A stretch of 59,909 nt of DNA, taken from Acidobacteriota bacterium. GTDB taxonomy: Bacteria > Acidobacteriota > Aminicenantia > UBA2199. The DNA lies in assembly GCA_030837085.1 (NCBI GenBank), contig JAUPLE010000120.1:1-59909 (forward strand), written 5' to 3'. Made by a program: the position numbers and the translations under genes. The notes under the pieces were generated by a model. That model had not been told where the DNA came from. It searched no databases and saw only the letters and a program-made list of their open reading frames with translations. Positions 50,102 through 59,387 of this stretch are shown piece after piece; the first letter of the stretch is position 1, and each line of letters opens with the position of its first letter.

Positions 50102-53100
50102 CCAAATATTACCAGGAGAATGGTCTAGAAATTGCCGTTATCGGTATGGCCGGTAGATTCCCCGGGGCACAAAATGTCGAACGATTTTGGGAGAATTTAA
50201 AAAATGGAGTCGAATCCATTACTTTTTTTTCACAAGAAGAACTCCTATCCGCAGGAGTTTCCAGCGAGCTTTTAAATAGCCCCAATTATGTAAAGTGTGG
50301 AGGAGGAATGCTGGATGATAAAGAATATTTTGACGCCGCTTTCTTTGGTTATTCCCCGGTGGAAGCCGAGCTAATGGATCCCCAGGTACGGATCTTCCAT
50401 GAATGCGCATGGCATGCATTGGAGCATGCCGGGTATGATCCCTTTTCATATGATAAGCTCATTGGGCTCTATGCCGGGGCGTCTTTCAATTTAACCTGGG
50501 AAGCAGTGTCGTTGATGTCCGGGAGAGCATCCATCCTGGGAGGTTTCGCGACACAACTTTTACTGGACCGGGATTATTTGTGTACACGGGTTTCTTATAA
50601 TCTTGATTTAAAAGGCCCCGGCATTGTTGTGAAAACCGCATGTTCAACTTCTCTTGTTGCGGTTCATATAGCTTGCCAGTCCATATTAAACGGGGAATGT
50701 GATATGGCCCTGGCCGGCGGTGTCACAATCACCCGGTTTAGAAAAGAGGGTTACATATACCAGGAGGACATGATCTTTTCTGAGGATGGCCATTGTAAAG
50801 CTTTTGCTGAGAATTCACGTGGAACAGTGGGCGGCGACGGCGTCGGTATCGTGGTTTTAAAACGCCTGGAAGATGCCGTCAAGGAAAGGGATACGATCCA
50901 TGCCATAATCAAAGGTTCCGCCATTAATAATGACGGGTTAAGAAAGGCGGGTTATACGGCTCCAAGTATTGACGGTCAACATGAAGTCATTTGCGAAGCA
51001 CTTCAAATCGCGGGAGTCGACTCTGAAACTATCACCTATGTGGAAACGCACGGAACAGGGACCCCGGTGGGAGATCCCATTGAATTTGAAGCATTAAAAA
51101 CGGCATTTAGTCCCGATAAAAAACAATATTGCAGGATCGGCTCAGTGAAAACCAATATTGGACACCTGGATTCTGCAGCCGGCATTGCCGGATTGATAAA
51201 AACGATCCTGGCGCTAAAATATAAATTAATTCCTCCCAGCTTGCATTTTAAATTCCCAAATCCAGTAATCGATTTTGAAAACAGTCCTTTCATTGTTAAT
51301 AATGAATTATTCGAATGGAAAAGCGAGGAATACCCACGACGTGCCGGTGTCAGTTCATTTGGCATCGGGGGAACCAATGCTCATGTTATTTTGGAAGAAT
51401 GGCCGTTAGACAAGAAACAGGAGGTCGAAGGTAGGGAATATCAATTAATATTATTATCCGCCAAAACTCAATCGGCGCTGGATCGAATGACGGAGAACTT
51501 AGCCGGGTACTTAAAGGAAAATAAAGACGCCAACCTGGCTGATATCGCATACACACTCCAGGTAGGGAGGAAAATTTTCCCTTACCGGCGAATGGCGTTT
51601 TGCACTGATGTCGATAGCGCCTTCGATGCACTCTCTTCACCAGTATCCAGTAAAGTCAGAACGTCGCATTTGAAAGAAGAAAAGATATCTGTAATATTTA
51701 TGTTTTCCGGCCTAGGCTCCGAATACATCGATATGGGATTGGGGCTGTATCAAACAGAACCTGTATTCCGTGAAGAAATGAACCATTGTTTCGATATTCT
51801 CAATTCCATCGTGGAATACGATATTAAAGCGATTCTTTATCCACGAGAAACGGAGAACGGAAATTCGCAACCGCCTCCTGACTTTCATCAACCGGAAGTT
51901 GTTCAACCGGTATTATTTGTCTTTGAATATGCCCTTGCCAAGTTATTAATGCACTGGGGAATCAAACCTCATGCAATGATCGGATACAGCTTCGGGGAAT
52001 ATACCGCCGCCTGTTTATCCGGTGTTTTTTCCCTTGAAGATGCCTTAAAAGTGATCGTTGCCAGGGGAAGATTAATCAGCAAAACACCCAGGGGAACAAT
52101 GATCAGCGCCCCCCTGTCCATAGAACAGATAAGACCTTTTTTAACCGGTGCGTTGTCGATTGCGATTGATAATGGCACATCTTGCATTGTTTCAGGGCCG
52201 CGTGAGGCATTAGAAAGCGTCCAAAAAGAATTAAAAAAAGAACGCTGTTTGTGTATACCCCTGCCCAACACCCATGCCATCCACTCTCCAATGATGGAAC
52301 TCATTCTAGAAGATTTTGAAGCATATCTCAAAAAAATCTCCTTAAACAAACCTCAAATCCCTTATATCTCCAATGTAACCGGTGAATGGATTACTGTCCA
52401 GGATGCAACAAATCCCCATTATTGGGCGACGCACTTAAAAGAAACGGTCCGATTTGCCGATGGTATCCAACAATTGATGAAAGAACCCAATCCCATATTT
52501 ATTGAAATCGGTCCCGGTCGAGATTTAAGTACCTTATTGGTACGTCATAAGGAAGAAGACGATCAATCGAAGCGCCGGGCTATAAATCTAATAAAACTGG
52601 CGCAAGATAATACCCCGGATAATTATTATTTTTTTACTAAACTAGGACAGTTATGGATGTATGGGGTGAATATCGATTGGAAAAAATTTTATAACGATGA
52701 GCAAAGGGTTCGCATCCCCTTACCGCTTTACCCTTTCGAACGCCAGAGATACTGGATCGATATGGATCCTTTTAAAGCCGAGAAAACGATAATGGGAAAC
52801 TCGCTAACCAGGAAAAAAACAAATATGGCGGATTGGTTTTATACCCAGCAGTGGCTCCGTTCTACGCTAATTGAAAAGATAAATAGTGCACCATCTCAAA
52901 TCCGCTGGCTGTTATTTAGCGATGAATCATCACTGGGCAACCGATTGGTTAAACGCCTGAAAGATGATAATCACCACGTTGTTGTTGTCAAAATCGGGGA
53001 AAGCTTCAGTGAATTGGAATTGGATGAATATGTCATTAATCCCGGAAATCCTGGAGATTATGACAATCTTTTCAAAACGTTGATGGAGAAAGAGAAGATC

Positions 53101-55596
53101 CCCCGCAATATTGTCCATTTGTGGCGCTTACCCGGGAGTCGGAAGCATCATCCTGACATTGGATTCCTTGATCGGACCCTAAATTTGGGCCTTTTCAGCC
53201 TTCTGGATATTGCCAGGTCAATCGGTAACACGAATATTCCCGAAAAAATACAAATCGGGGTGATAACCGATAATATGCAGTCAGTAACCGGGGAAGAAGA
53301 ATTGTGCCCTGAAAAAGCCGCCATTCTTGGACCGGTAAAAATAATACCCCTGGAATATTCTAATATCTCCTGCAGAAGCATCGACATTATCGATCCCGGG
53401 AACAATACCGGGAAGATTGAATTTATTATCGAAAGCCTGCTCCGGGAATTTTCGATGGAGTTTAAAGATCAACCGGTCGTTGCGTACCGCGGCGCCTACC
53501 GCTGGCAGGAGAGCTATGAACCTGTCAGGTTGAATATCGGCACAAGCTCATTAAAAGAAACCCGGTTAAAAGAAAAAGGCGTTTATCTTATTACCGGTGG
53601 TTTTGGAGGCATGGGATTTGTCCTGGCTGAACACCTGGTAAGTACCTTAAATGCTAAACTAATATTGGTAGACATTTTAACCCCTCCAACGGGTGAAAAA
53701 TTGGATAGATGGCTTTACAGCGACGAAAGGAAAAAGGAGATCGAAGATAAAAAACATAAAATAAAGGAATTGGAATCCCGAGGCGCGGAAATCCTGGCCT
53801 ATGATGTCGATGTTTCGGATTACCCGGGGATGAAGGAAGTTATTTCACAAGCAGAAAAGCAGCTTGGGCAGATAAACGGTGTGATTCATGCTGCGGGGCT
53901 CATCGATTATGCGGGTGCCATCCAGAGACGATCACGTGAAATGACTGAAGTCCTCCTGGCAGCCAAAATAAAGGGAACCCTGGTATTGGATAAATTGCTG
54001 AGTCATCACAAATTGGATTTTATGGTTCTTTTCTCATCTATCGGGAATGTGTTTCATCGGATAAAATTTGGCCAGGTCGGTTACAACGCAGCGAACGAGT
54101 TCATGGATGTGTTTTCCTATTATAAGCAGCAGCAGGGGCAATTTACCGTCACAATAAATTGGAATAATTGGACGCAAGTGGGGATGGCGGTTCGAGCCAC
54201 TCCGGGACGAAATGATAGCAGGCACAATCCCCCCGATAATAGGAGGGAAAGAGAGAGTATACTATCAATATCTCCTTCAGAGGGAATAGAGGTGTTTCAT
54301 CGTATTCTTGAAAATAATTTATCACGAGTGATTGTGTTCCATCGTGATTTACATCACTTAATGAATTTAATAAGCAACCCGGTGGAAGCGGATACACAAA
54401 CCGGCTCTTTTGACAGTACAGATGAGAATACAGCAAAGTCATATGAACGGCCTGAATTAAGCACCGAGTATGTACCTCCTTCGAATGAACTGGAAGATTC
54501 TATTATAAGAGTCTGGGAAAAAATATTTGGATTTAAGAAAATAGGAATTTTGGATGATTTCTTTGAACTGGGGGGCGATTCCTTAATGGCAACATCCATG
54601 TCAGTACAGCTTAGTAAGGAATTAAATTTTATCATACCCCTTAATGAAGTATTTAACCGACCCACCATTGAAAAACTGGTGAAATATATCGTACAAAAAA
54701 AGAAGGTCGACACTAAAACGGAGGATGAGAACCTGGTAATGTTAAAAGAGGGGTCCAATAAGGCCCCGAATCTTTTTCTTATCCACGATGGCACCGGTGA
54801 GATCGATTTATTCCTGGGATTGTGTACCCGATTAAATAGTGATTTTAATTATTGGGGATTTAGGGCAGATAGGATTGAAAGTATATCGCCGCAGGACCTG
54901 AGATTCGAAGAAATTGCAGAGAATTATGTCAGGAAGATTCAAATCTTCCAACCTTATGGACCATACAGTATCCTGGGGTTCTGTGTCGGTGGTTACATCG
55001 CTTTCGAAATTTCCCGGCAATTAGAACAACGGGGAGAAGAAGTGAAATTTTTGGGCATTGTGGATACGCCGCCCCCGCTTGGGAGTGATGAAGAACGTGA
55101 TTTCACTGCTGAATCCGAATTAAGCTTTCTTTTAGAAACCTTCCCGCTTGATGAAATTAAGGAGCATATATCCAATATATTTGACTATCATGAGCTTTGG
55201 AGATATGTAATCGATTACCTGGGAAAAAGTGATTTTGATTTCGGGGCATTTAAAAAACAGATTCCAATAAGTATAGTGAATTCGTTTCCGAATTTCGATC
55301 AACTCACGCTCAGTCAAGTGGCTAACCGTATAAATGTGGTACGGGGCTATAGACACGCAGAACATCGATATTTCCCTCATGGGAAAAAAAATGTGCCGAT
55401 GTATTTGTTTAATGCACGAGAATCCCATGTAAAAAAAATGGCAGTCAAGACGAACTGGAATGATTACTTCAACAAACCCATGAAAGTGGTGGATGTGCCG
55501 GGGGATCATTATTCGATTTTTAGAGAACCGGATGTGATTGAGATCGCTGCTGCAATTGACAAGGAACTTCAAGAAGTCATAAAACAAGCGGTGTGA
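50098..55596 (+). CDS. Type I PKS termination module: KS-AT-KR-ACP-TE
   Basis: 1832-aa ORF with an ATGA overlap with gene D. Motifs are listed under module P3. Confidence 0.97.
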   Translation: MTKYYQENGLEIAVIGMAGRFPGAQNVERFWENLKNGVESITFFSQEELLSAGVSSELLNSPNYVKCGGGMLDDKEYFDAAFFGYSPVEAELMDPQVRIFHECAWHALEHAGYDPFSYDKLIGLYAGASFNLTWEAVSLMSGRASILGGFATQLLLDRDYLCTRVSYNLDLKGPGIVVKTACSTSLVAVHIACQSILNGECDMALAGGVTITRFRKEGYIYQEDMIFSEDGHCKAFAENSRGTVGGDGVGIVVLKRLEDAVKERDTIHAIIKGSAINNDGLRKAGYTAPSIDGQHEVICEALQIAGVDSETITYVETHGTGTPVGDPIEFEALKTAFSPDKKQYCRIGSVKTNIGHLDSAAGIAGLIKTILALKYKLIPPSLHFKFPNPVIDFENSPFIVNNELFEWKSEEYPRRAGVSSFGIGGTNAHVILEEWPLDKKQEVEGREYQLILLSAKTQSALDRMTENLAGYLKENKDANLADIAYTLQVGRKIFPYRRMAFCTDVDSAFDALSSPVSSKVRTSHLKEEKISVIFMFSGLGSEYIDMGLGLYQTEPVFREEMNHCFDILNSIVEYDIKAILYPRETENGNSQPPPDFHQPEVVQPVLFVFEYALAKLLMHWGIKPHAMIGYSFGEYTAACLSGVFSLEDALKVIVARGRLISKTPRGTMISAPLSIEQIRPFLTGALSIAIDNGTSCIVSGPREALESVQKELKKERCLCIPLPNTHAIHSPMMELILEDFEAYLKKISLNKPQIPYISNVTGEWITVQDATNPHYWATHLKETVRFADGIQQLMKEPNPIFIEIGPGRDLSTLLVRHKEEDDQSKRRAINLIKLAQDNTPDNYYFFTKLGQLWMYGVNIDWKKFYNDEQRVRIPLPLYPFERQRYWIDMDPFKAEKTIMGNSLTRKKTNMADWFYTQQWLRSTLIEKINSAPSQIRWLLFSDESSLGNRLVKRLKDDNHHVVVVKIGESFSELELDEYVINPGNPGDYDNLFKTLMEKEKIPRNIVHLWRLPGSRKHHPDIGFLDRTLNLGLFSLLDIARSIGNTNIPEKIQIGVITDNMQSVTGEEELCPEKAAILGPVKIIPLEYSNISCRSIDIIDPGNNTGKIEFIIESLLREFSMEFKDQPVVAYRGAYRWQESYEPVRLNIGTSSLKETRLKEKGVYLITGGFGGMGFVLAEHLVSTLNAKLILVDILTPPTGEKLDRWLYSDERKKEIEDKKHKIKELESRGAEILAYDVDVSDYPGMKEVISQAEKQLGQINGVIHAAGLIDYAGAIQRRSREMTEVLLAAKIKGTLVLDKLLSHHKLDFMVLFSSIGNVFHRIKFGQVGYNAANEFMDVFSYYKQQQGQFTVTINWNNWTQVGMAVRATPGRNDSRHNPPDNRRERESILSISPSEGIEVFHRILENNLSRVIVFHRDLHHLMNLISNPVEADTQTGSFDSTDENTAKSYERPELSTEYVPPSNELEDSIIRVWEKIFGFKKIGILDDFFELGGDSLMATSMSVQLSKELNFIIPLNEVFNRPTIEKLVKYIVQKKKVDTKTEDENLVMLKEGSNKAPNLFLIHDGTGEIDLFLGLCTRLNSDFNYWGFRADRIESISPQDLRFEEIAENYVRKIQIFQPYGPYSILGFCVGGYIAFEISRQLEQRGEEVKFLGIVDTPPPLGSDEERDFTAESELSFLLETFPLDEIKEHISNIFDYHELWRYVIDYLGKSDFDFGAFKKQIPISIVNSFPNFDQLTLSQVANRINVVRGYRHAEHRYFPHGKKNVPMYLFNARESHVKKMAVKTNWNDYFNKPMKVVDVPGDHYSIFREPDVIEIAAAIDKELQEVIKQAV
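50098..55596 (+). other. PKS module P3: KS-AT-KR-ACP-TE (Cys nucleophile)
   Basis: KS: Cys codon 50641-50643, ETHGTGT, KTNIGH. AT: GYSFGEY (Ser codon 51988-51990), AIHS. KR: GVYLITGGFGGMG (about 53596-53616), HAAGL, VGYNAAN. ACP: FFELGGDS, Ser codon 54580-54582. TE: LFLIHDGTGE, LGFCVGGYIAFE (Cys codon 54982-54984), LGIVDT, PGDHYSIF. Confidence 0.88.
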
Positions 55597-55634
55597 AAAT
55601 TATATGGGCATGTACATAATATATTATAATTAGT

Positions 55635-55658
55635 GTCACCAGGGGGTGACCTTTTTCC
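55635..55658 (+). terminator. Candidate intrinsic terminator after the last PKS gene
   Basis: Stem gtcacc (55635-55640), loop aggg, stem ggtgac (55645-55650), then cttttt. The stem is only 6 bp and lies inside the reverse-transcriptase relic on the other strand, so it may be coincidental. Confidence 0.35.
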
Positions 55659-55911
55659 GGTCCCAGTTCAGTCGATGTCCCCATTTACTCCGTCGGCATA
55701 ACTATTTCTTCCAGGTTCTTCTTACTTCATACCGGTACTGAAATAAACTTTTTGCATTTCCAGTAATTCCGTAATAGGAGTAATGCCCTTTGATTTTCCG
55801 GCAGAGTGTCTCGTTCTGTTCTTGCAACGGCATATGTCGATTTTCCTTGCACCACCGCTTGATATTCTTGTTCCAGATTTTTGCTATAGTCCTCCCAGGA
55901 CTGGTAGTCAA
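55636..55911 (-). pseudogene. Relic of a group II intron reverse transcriptase/maturase (C-terminal ~90 codons only, with an in-frame TAG)
   Basis: ...GRTIAKIWNKNIKRWCKENRHMPLQEQNETLCRKIKGHYSYYGITGNAKSLFQYRYEVRRTWKK*LCRRSKWGHRLNWDRKKVTPW*. The pattern GHYxYYGxxGN...W(K/R)KWLxRRS is the conserved C-terminal region of group II intron RTs. TAG (complement of 55702-55704) sits where Trp is expected. No RT finger/palm region and no domain V-like RNA sequence are adjacent. Confidence 0.7.
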
Positions 55912-55991
55912 TTCCGGGATTGAATTGAGTTAGTATTTCTGATAGAATAGCGACTTAGGCAATTACATATTTCAAATCAAGGGAGTTGCAA

Positions 55992-56891
55992 ATGGCTGAA
56001 AGTATTTTTAAAGACAGACAAAGGACAAGTTCACAGGCGCAGAAGTTTGATGGATTTACTGTGGACACGAGTATTATGTTTACCAATCACAAGAACGTTT
56101 ATAAAAAGGGTGTGGAAAAAAGACAGAGAAAGCTTTTAGATAAAGTTCGATTCCTCCAACCCTTTTTAAAACCGGATGAACAGATATGTTTAATTACCAC
56201 AGGCTGTTCTCCCATGACATTTGGCGAACAATTCTTGACCGGGTGGATTATTTTTTATTTAAAACGGTCGTTGTTTGTGTTTACCAATAAACGTATTTTT
56301 CATATCCCCACCAAAACAGACTATTCGTACCGCGGATCTCTGGCGCAAATCTTGTATGGCGACTGCCAGGAGATAAAGATTAAGAGTAGGGCGATGATAG
56401 TCGAATACAAGAAGGGGCAAAAGGAAACTTTTTATTACATAGCAAGCCCGGACTTAAAGAAGATCAAAAACCTATTCCAGGGAGTGGCGATAGAAGGAAC
56501 CCCCAGCCGAACCGGGGAACGAACCCATCTTTGCCCACGGTGTGGAAACGAATTGCTTAAAGGAGAATATATTTGCCCCCACTGTCGTCTTGAATTTAAA
56601 AATAAAACCGAGGCGCGGCGAATTTCCATTATTTACCCCGGGGGTGGATACTTGTATACCCGGCACCCTATCCTGGGGATTTTGGATGCCATAACTGAAA
56701 CCGCACTGTTGGCTTTATTTGTTGTGGCTTTGATCCAGTCATTGCAAGGAGAAGAAGAAGCCGGTATTCTAGCTATTTACTTTGGGGTACTTTTAGGAAT
56801 AGAAAAATTAATTTCTGTATATCATTCCAACCGCTTTATCGATGAATTTATTCCCCTGGATGAGCACATCACGGCCTCTATTCCCAGTTAA
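55992..56891 (+). CDS. Hypothetical membrane protein with PH-like N-terminal region, CxxC...CxxC zinc ribbon and two C-terminal TM helices
   Basis: CPRCGNELLKGEYICPHCRLEF. C-terminal ILGILDAITETALLALFVVALI and ILAIYFGVLLGIEKLI. AAGGGAG lies 7 nt before ATG 55992. The ORF track starts at TTG 55986. Confidence 0.6.
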   Translation: MAESIFKDRQRTSSQAQKFDGFTVDTSIMFTNHKNVYKKGVEKRQRKLLDKVRFLQPFLKPDEQICLITTGCSPMTFGEQFLTGWIIFYLKRSLFVFTNKRIFHIPTKTDYSYRGSLAQILYGDCQEIKIKSRAMIVEYKKGQKETFYYIASPDLKKIKNLFQGVAIEGTPSRTGERTHLCPRCGNELLKGEYICPHCRLEFKNKTEARRISIIYPGGGYLYTRHPILGILDAITETALLALFVVALIQSLQGEEEAGILAIYFGVLLGIEKLISVYHSNRFIDEFIPLDEHITASIPS

Positions 56892-57021
56892 TCCTCGATT
56901 CAACGCACCGCCACACTGACACACTTATATTGCCCAAAATATATTGGTTGGAATCCTAAATACAACCCATATTGTGGATTAAGGAAACATGTTTGTTAAA
57001 ATTCAGTTGTTCTTTTTACCG

Positions 57022-58983
57022 CTAGAGCCGCCAGAGATAAGATACCTTGAAAAAGAAAGCCCGGTGTACTTCCAGGAACCGGTCGGACGGGATATATTCT
57101 TCCCCGTTCCAGCGCGTCTTCTCCTGCACCGACCCGTAGCCCACGTGAACCACGGTGCCCGGGATGTATGTAAAAGAAGCCAGGGCATCCAAAAACAACC
57201 TTTTCCAGTACGTGTTGTATTCGACAATTCCCCGGAAAAAAAGATATTTATTCACCTGGAAAGTCGTGCGACTGCGAATGATGCCGTAATCATATTCTTT
57301 CCGGGAATCCGCTTTTCGATAAAAATCCGTATAAGTCAAATCTAATCCCGTACTGAATTTTTCCGTGGGTTGGAAATCCAGGGACAGGGCGGCGCGGTTG
57401 GTTTTCCCGGCAAACGGATTCACCTCGTCGTAGAAAATACCCCCATGATGCCGAAAGAAAAGGTAGAAATACAGGTGCCGGGTAACCTGGCTTTCCGCCT
57501 GAAAACCGATCCCGCTGGTCCCGAAACGTCTTCCCGCAAACACTTCATTGGCCAGTATCAAGTCGAGACGGAACATGGAACTCCGGGGCATGGTGAAACG
57601 GAAAGTAAACAAGTTGAATGATTCCACCAGTTTGCTTTCCTTGTCCAATAAATGATAACTCCAGTAAAAAGGTTCAATGCGCTGGAAAAATGTGGATTTC
57701 GGGTAAAAACGGTACATACCCATTGCCGCCAGCCGGGTGATTCCTTGCCTGTTCAAGAACCCGGTATCGATACGGAAATCCCTGGATATATCCTGGAGAC
57801 CCAAATCTAAATAAAGGCGCCGGCTGCCGTAATTATAACGGAGTCCCAGGGCATGACCGGGGGTATTTTCCTCGTCCCCCGGGTTCCTGGTTAAAGAGCC
57901 CAGCAAGTGGTACTCAGCCGTGGTGTATTTTGAAAGCCTTAACCGGCCATCGATGCCTGCTACCCGGTTGTACCCAGGGGAAATATCTCTACCGGTGTAA
58001 AATCCGCCGATATAAGCATCGTTGGCAAAGGCATGGCGGAAGCGCAATATCCCGAATACAGGGCGGTGGGTTCCCGGATCATCTTCAGCGCCGTTATTCT
58101 CCCGTGACTCATCCACTGCAAAAATAGCGGCCATGCTATTTTTACTGCCGATTTTACCCGAAAGTTTCAAGCCCAACAACGGGTCGCTGATGGTCCGGGT
58201 ATGAACAACGGCATAAAGCGGGGCTTCTTCGGTATTGCCGGCAAACTGGAACGCCTCCATGCCTTCCAGGAAAAAAGGACGTTTCTCCTGGTAATAAAGG
58301 GCATAGCGAAGGTTGACATCCACCTGCCCCGCATCCGCTTCCACCTGGCTGAAATCAGGATTGTAAGCCGCGTCCATTACCAGGCTGGGCGTGATTCCTA
58401 CTTTGCCCGTAAGACTGAAATCCGTCTCTTTTTTTTCTGACATCCACTGACCCTGGTTATGAGTCCACGACTGTGAATGAGTAAAGGCCGGCAGCAATTC
58501 CACGATTCGTTTATACTTCATATCCTTTACCAGGATTGGTTGTATCTGGGATAGGGTCGCCCCTTTATCCGGGAAAATTTCCGGGAAACTAGCATTCTCC
58601 GAGGTACGAACGATGTTTCTTACTATCCATAATCCCATTTTTACTTTCTTCTTGATCGGGAAACGAATGCTCTTGAAAGGGATTTTCATTTCCAGGGTAT
58701 ATCCCTTATCGTCGATAATACCTTTACTGTACCAGATCATATCGTGGCTGCCTTCCATATCCCCGTCGGCATCCACCATGCCGTCTCCCTGGATGCCCAG
58801 GGGGTTAACGATGAATCCATAAGCGTTTTGCCGGTCGTAAAAAGTGTCGATAGCGACGGCCACCCAATCGTCGTTGAACATGTTGTCCCTCTTGGTGACT
58901 GTCCCTTTAATCTCGGAAACATTCTTTTGAAAACAGCGGGCGGCAAAGTAAAAATTTTCCCGGTCGGAGCAGGCATAAACCAC
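57022..58983 (-). CDS. DUF5916/carbohydrate-binding-family-9-like outer-membrane protein, main body downstream of an in-frame TAG
   Basis: ENFYFAARCFQKN...RDNMFNDDWVAVAIDTFYDRQNAYGFIVNPLGIQGDG is the family hallmark. The long beta-rich C-terminus ends in FFKVSYLWRL (OMP-like terminal aromatic). The listed ORF begins at an internal GTG. The reading frame continues upstream through TAG at 59035-59037 into the signal-peptide ORF. Confidence 0.75.
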   Translation of the reverse strand: MVYACSDRENFYFAARCFQKNVSEIKGTVTKRDNMFNDDWVAVAIDTFYDRQNAYGFIVNPLGIQGDGMVDADGDMEGSHDMIWYSKGIIDDKGYTLEMKIPFKSIRFPIKKKVKMGLWIVRNIVRTSENASFPEIFPDKGATLSQIQPILVKDMKYKRIVELLPAFTHSQSWTHNQGQWMSEKKETDFSLTGKVGITPSLVMDAAYNPDFSQVEADAGQVDVNLRYALYYQEKRPFFLEGMEAFQFAGNTEEAPLYAVVHTRTISDPLLGLKLSGKIGSKNSMAAIFAVDESRENNGAEDDPGTHRPVFGILRFRHAFANDAYIGGFYTGRDISPGYNRVAGIDGRLRLSKYTTAEYHLLGSLTRNPGDEENTPGHALGLRYNYGSRRLYLDLGLQDISRDFRIDTGFLNRQGITRLAAMGMYRFYPKSTFFQRIEPFYWSYHLLDKESKLVESFNLFTFRFTMPRSSMFRLDLILANEVFAGRRFGTSGIGFQAESQVTRHLYFYLFFRHHGGIFYDEVNPFAGKTNRAALSLDFQPTEKFSTGLDLTYTDFYRKADSRKEYDYGIIRSRTTFQVNKYLFFRGIVEYNTYWKRLFLDALASFTYIPGTVVHVGYGSVQEKTRWNGEEYIPSDRFLEVHRAFFFKVSYLWRL

Positions 58984-59034
58984 TGTTTCCTCGCTGGCGG
59001 GTTTACCGTAATCGGGTTTAAATGTTTTGAAATC

Positions 59035-59217
59035 CTAGAAACGGGCCGCTGTTTTCCAAACCGGGTCGTCCAGTTTGCCGTCGAGAGTCGGTGGGTTATC
59101 GATCAGGGGGATTTCTATCGCCTCTTTTTCCTCTATTGCATTAAGCGGAACTCCTGGGTAAAGAAAAAAAACAAACGCTGTCATGATGCATGTCGTATAC
59201 AATATCGTTTTGTGCAT
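59035..59217 (-). pseudogene. N-terminal fragment (signal peptide plus start of the CBM9-like domain) of the same DUF5916-like gene, ended by an in-frame TAG
   Basis: MHKTILYTTCIMTAFVFFLYPGVPLNA...PPTLDGKLDDPVWKTAARF, then TAG (complement of 59035-59037). Then 17 in-frame codons DFKTFKPDYGKPASEET run directly into VVYACSD... of the 653-aa ORF. Confidence 0.7.
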
Positions 59218-59387
59218 TTCGTACCTCCTGAACTTATTATTGAATATTATTAAACGTTATATATCGGCGAAAAGTTTTACTTTTGGCTGCAAAAAAAGGA
59301 AAATTTGGAACTCCTACTCATTTGACATGGCGTGGTGAATATGGTACTATTTTTTAAAATAACAACATCCATGAATAAGGAACCGGC

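Noticed and set aside
55702-59037. Two in-frame TAG codons within 3.4 kb as evidence for amber reassignment
   Set aside because: TAG terminates two apparently full-length genes in the same window (9362-10342, ending QQQ-TAG, and 57022-58983, ending LWRL-TAG). One of the two interrupted genes is clearly a truncated relic. Pseudogenisation or sequencing error is the simpler explanation.
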